DNA from: a virus
Taxonomy: Duplodnaviria > Caudoviricetes
Virus record (IMG/VR): IMGVR_UViG_3300027647_000001
Location: 7,056 to 71,055 of that record
Reading direction: 5' to 3' (one strand)
Length of the DNA stretch: 64,000 bases
Part shown: one piece after another, positions 63,805 through 64,000 of the stretch
How the letters are laid out: each line of letters opens with the position of its first letter
Numbering within the stretch: the first letter of the stretch is position 1
The notes under the pieces: model-generated
The model's database searches: none
Told to the model about the DNA's origin: nothing
What the model saw: the letters and a program-made list of their open reading frames with translations, nothing else
Program-made: the position numbers and the translations under genes

Positions 63805-64000
63805 GACCCGGTCCCGGCTCCGAACCCTCGAGCAGCAGCGTGCCGCCCCCACCCCGGCGCCGCTCGACGGGCAGGCCGCCATCCCCCTCACCTGGCAGCA
63901 GGGCGTCCTGTGGGAACCAGCCCGACCCCAGGAGCCCCCGCCCTGCCGCAGCCGCCACACCGCCGCAAAGCCCGCACACACGCCCTCCCTCGCTACGCCC
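63791..64000 (+). CDS. Partial ORF running off the right edge
   Basis: GTG overlapping the previous gene; open to the end of the window. Confidence 0.35.
   Translation, partial: MTTPETRSRLRTLEQQRAAPTPAPLDGQAAIPLTWQQGVLWEPARPQEPPPCRSRHTAAKPAHTPSLATP

Larger units (their letters stand above)
1..64000. mobile_element. Temperate siphovirus / conjugative phage-plasmid of a Streptomyces-like host (both ends outside the window)
   Basis: Complete head-tail-lysis operon, TraB transfer module, two replication genes and a Cre-like recombinase; no host genes or att sites seen. Confidence 0.8.

Noticed and set aside
1-64000. Reverse transcriptase/DGR, introns, inteins, LexA boxes
   Set aside because: No RT or homing-endonuclease motifs, no oversized terminase or capsid genes, and no convincing TCGAAC-N4-GTTCGA-type site seen by eye.

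Overview
Very GC-rich, Streptomyces-type DNA that is phage-derived from end to end; no host housekeeping genes were recognised. It looks like most of a temperate siphovirus that also behaves as a conjugative plasmid, comparable in concept to the described Streptomyces plasmid-phage pZL12. Left to right: (1) a plasmid-type HTH replication gene running off the left edge; (2) an early module (WhiB-family regulator, C5 DNA methyltransferase, ERF recombinase, tandem ribbon-helix-helix protein, WYL protein, a Cre-like tyrosine recombinase and a degenerate paralogue); (3) a complete minus-strand late operon (terminase, portal, capsid, tail, lysis; 15.6-42.3 kb); (4) a Streptomyces-type transfer module with a TraB/FtsK translocase (43.4-52 kb); (5) an ABM-enzyme plus XRE-TPR regulator pair, a phage replication initiator with internal iterons, and many small accessory genes. 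The most unusual signal is a pair of 48-bp, 47/48-identical, AT-rich sites in inverted orientation (2176-2223 and 15600-15647). They bracket a 13.4-kb segment containing the Cre-like recombinase and the catalytically incomplete paralogue, which carries an inserted LacI-type HTH; this suggests a large invertible switch or a 2-micron-like amplification device. Also notable: a hidden 27-aa peptide gene with a sequestered Shine-Dalgarno between terminase and portal, and an 18-bp operator shared by three promoters. All product calls come from motif recognition by eye, without database searches; start codons were often re-chosen from RBS and gene-overlap evidence.
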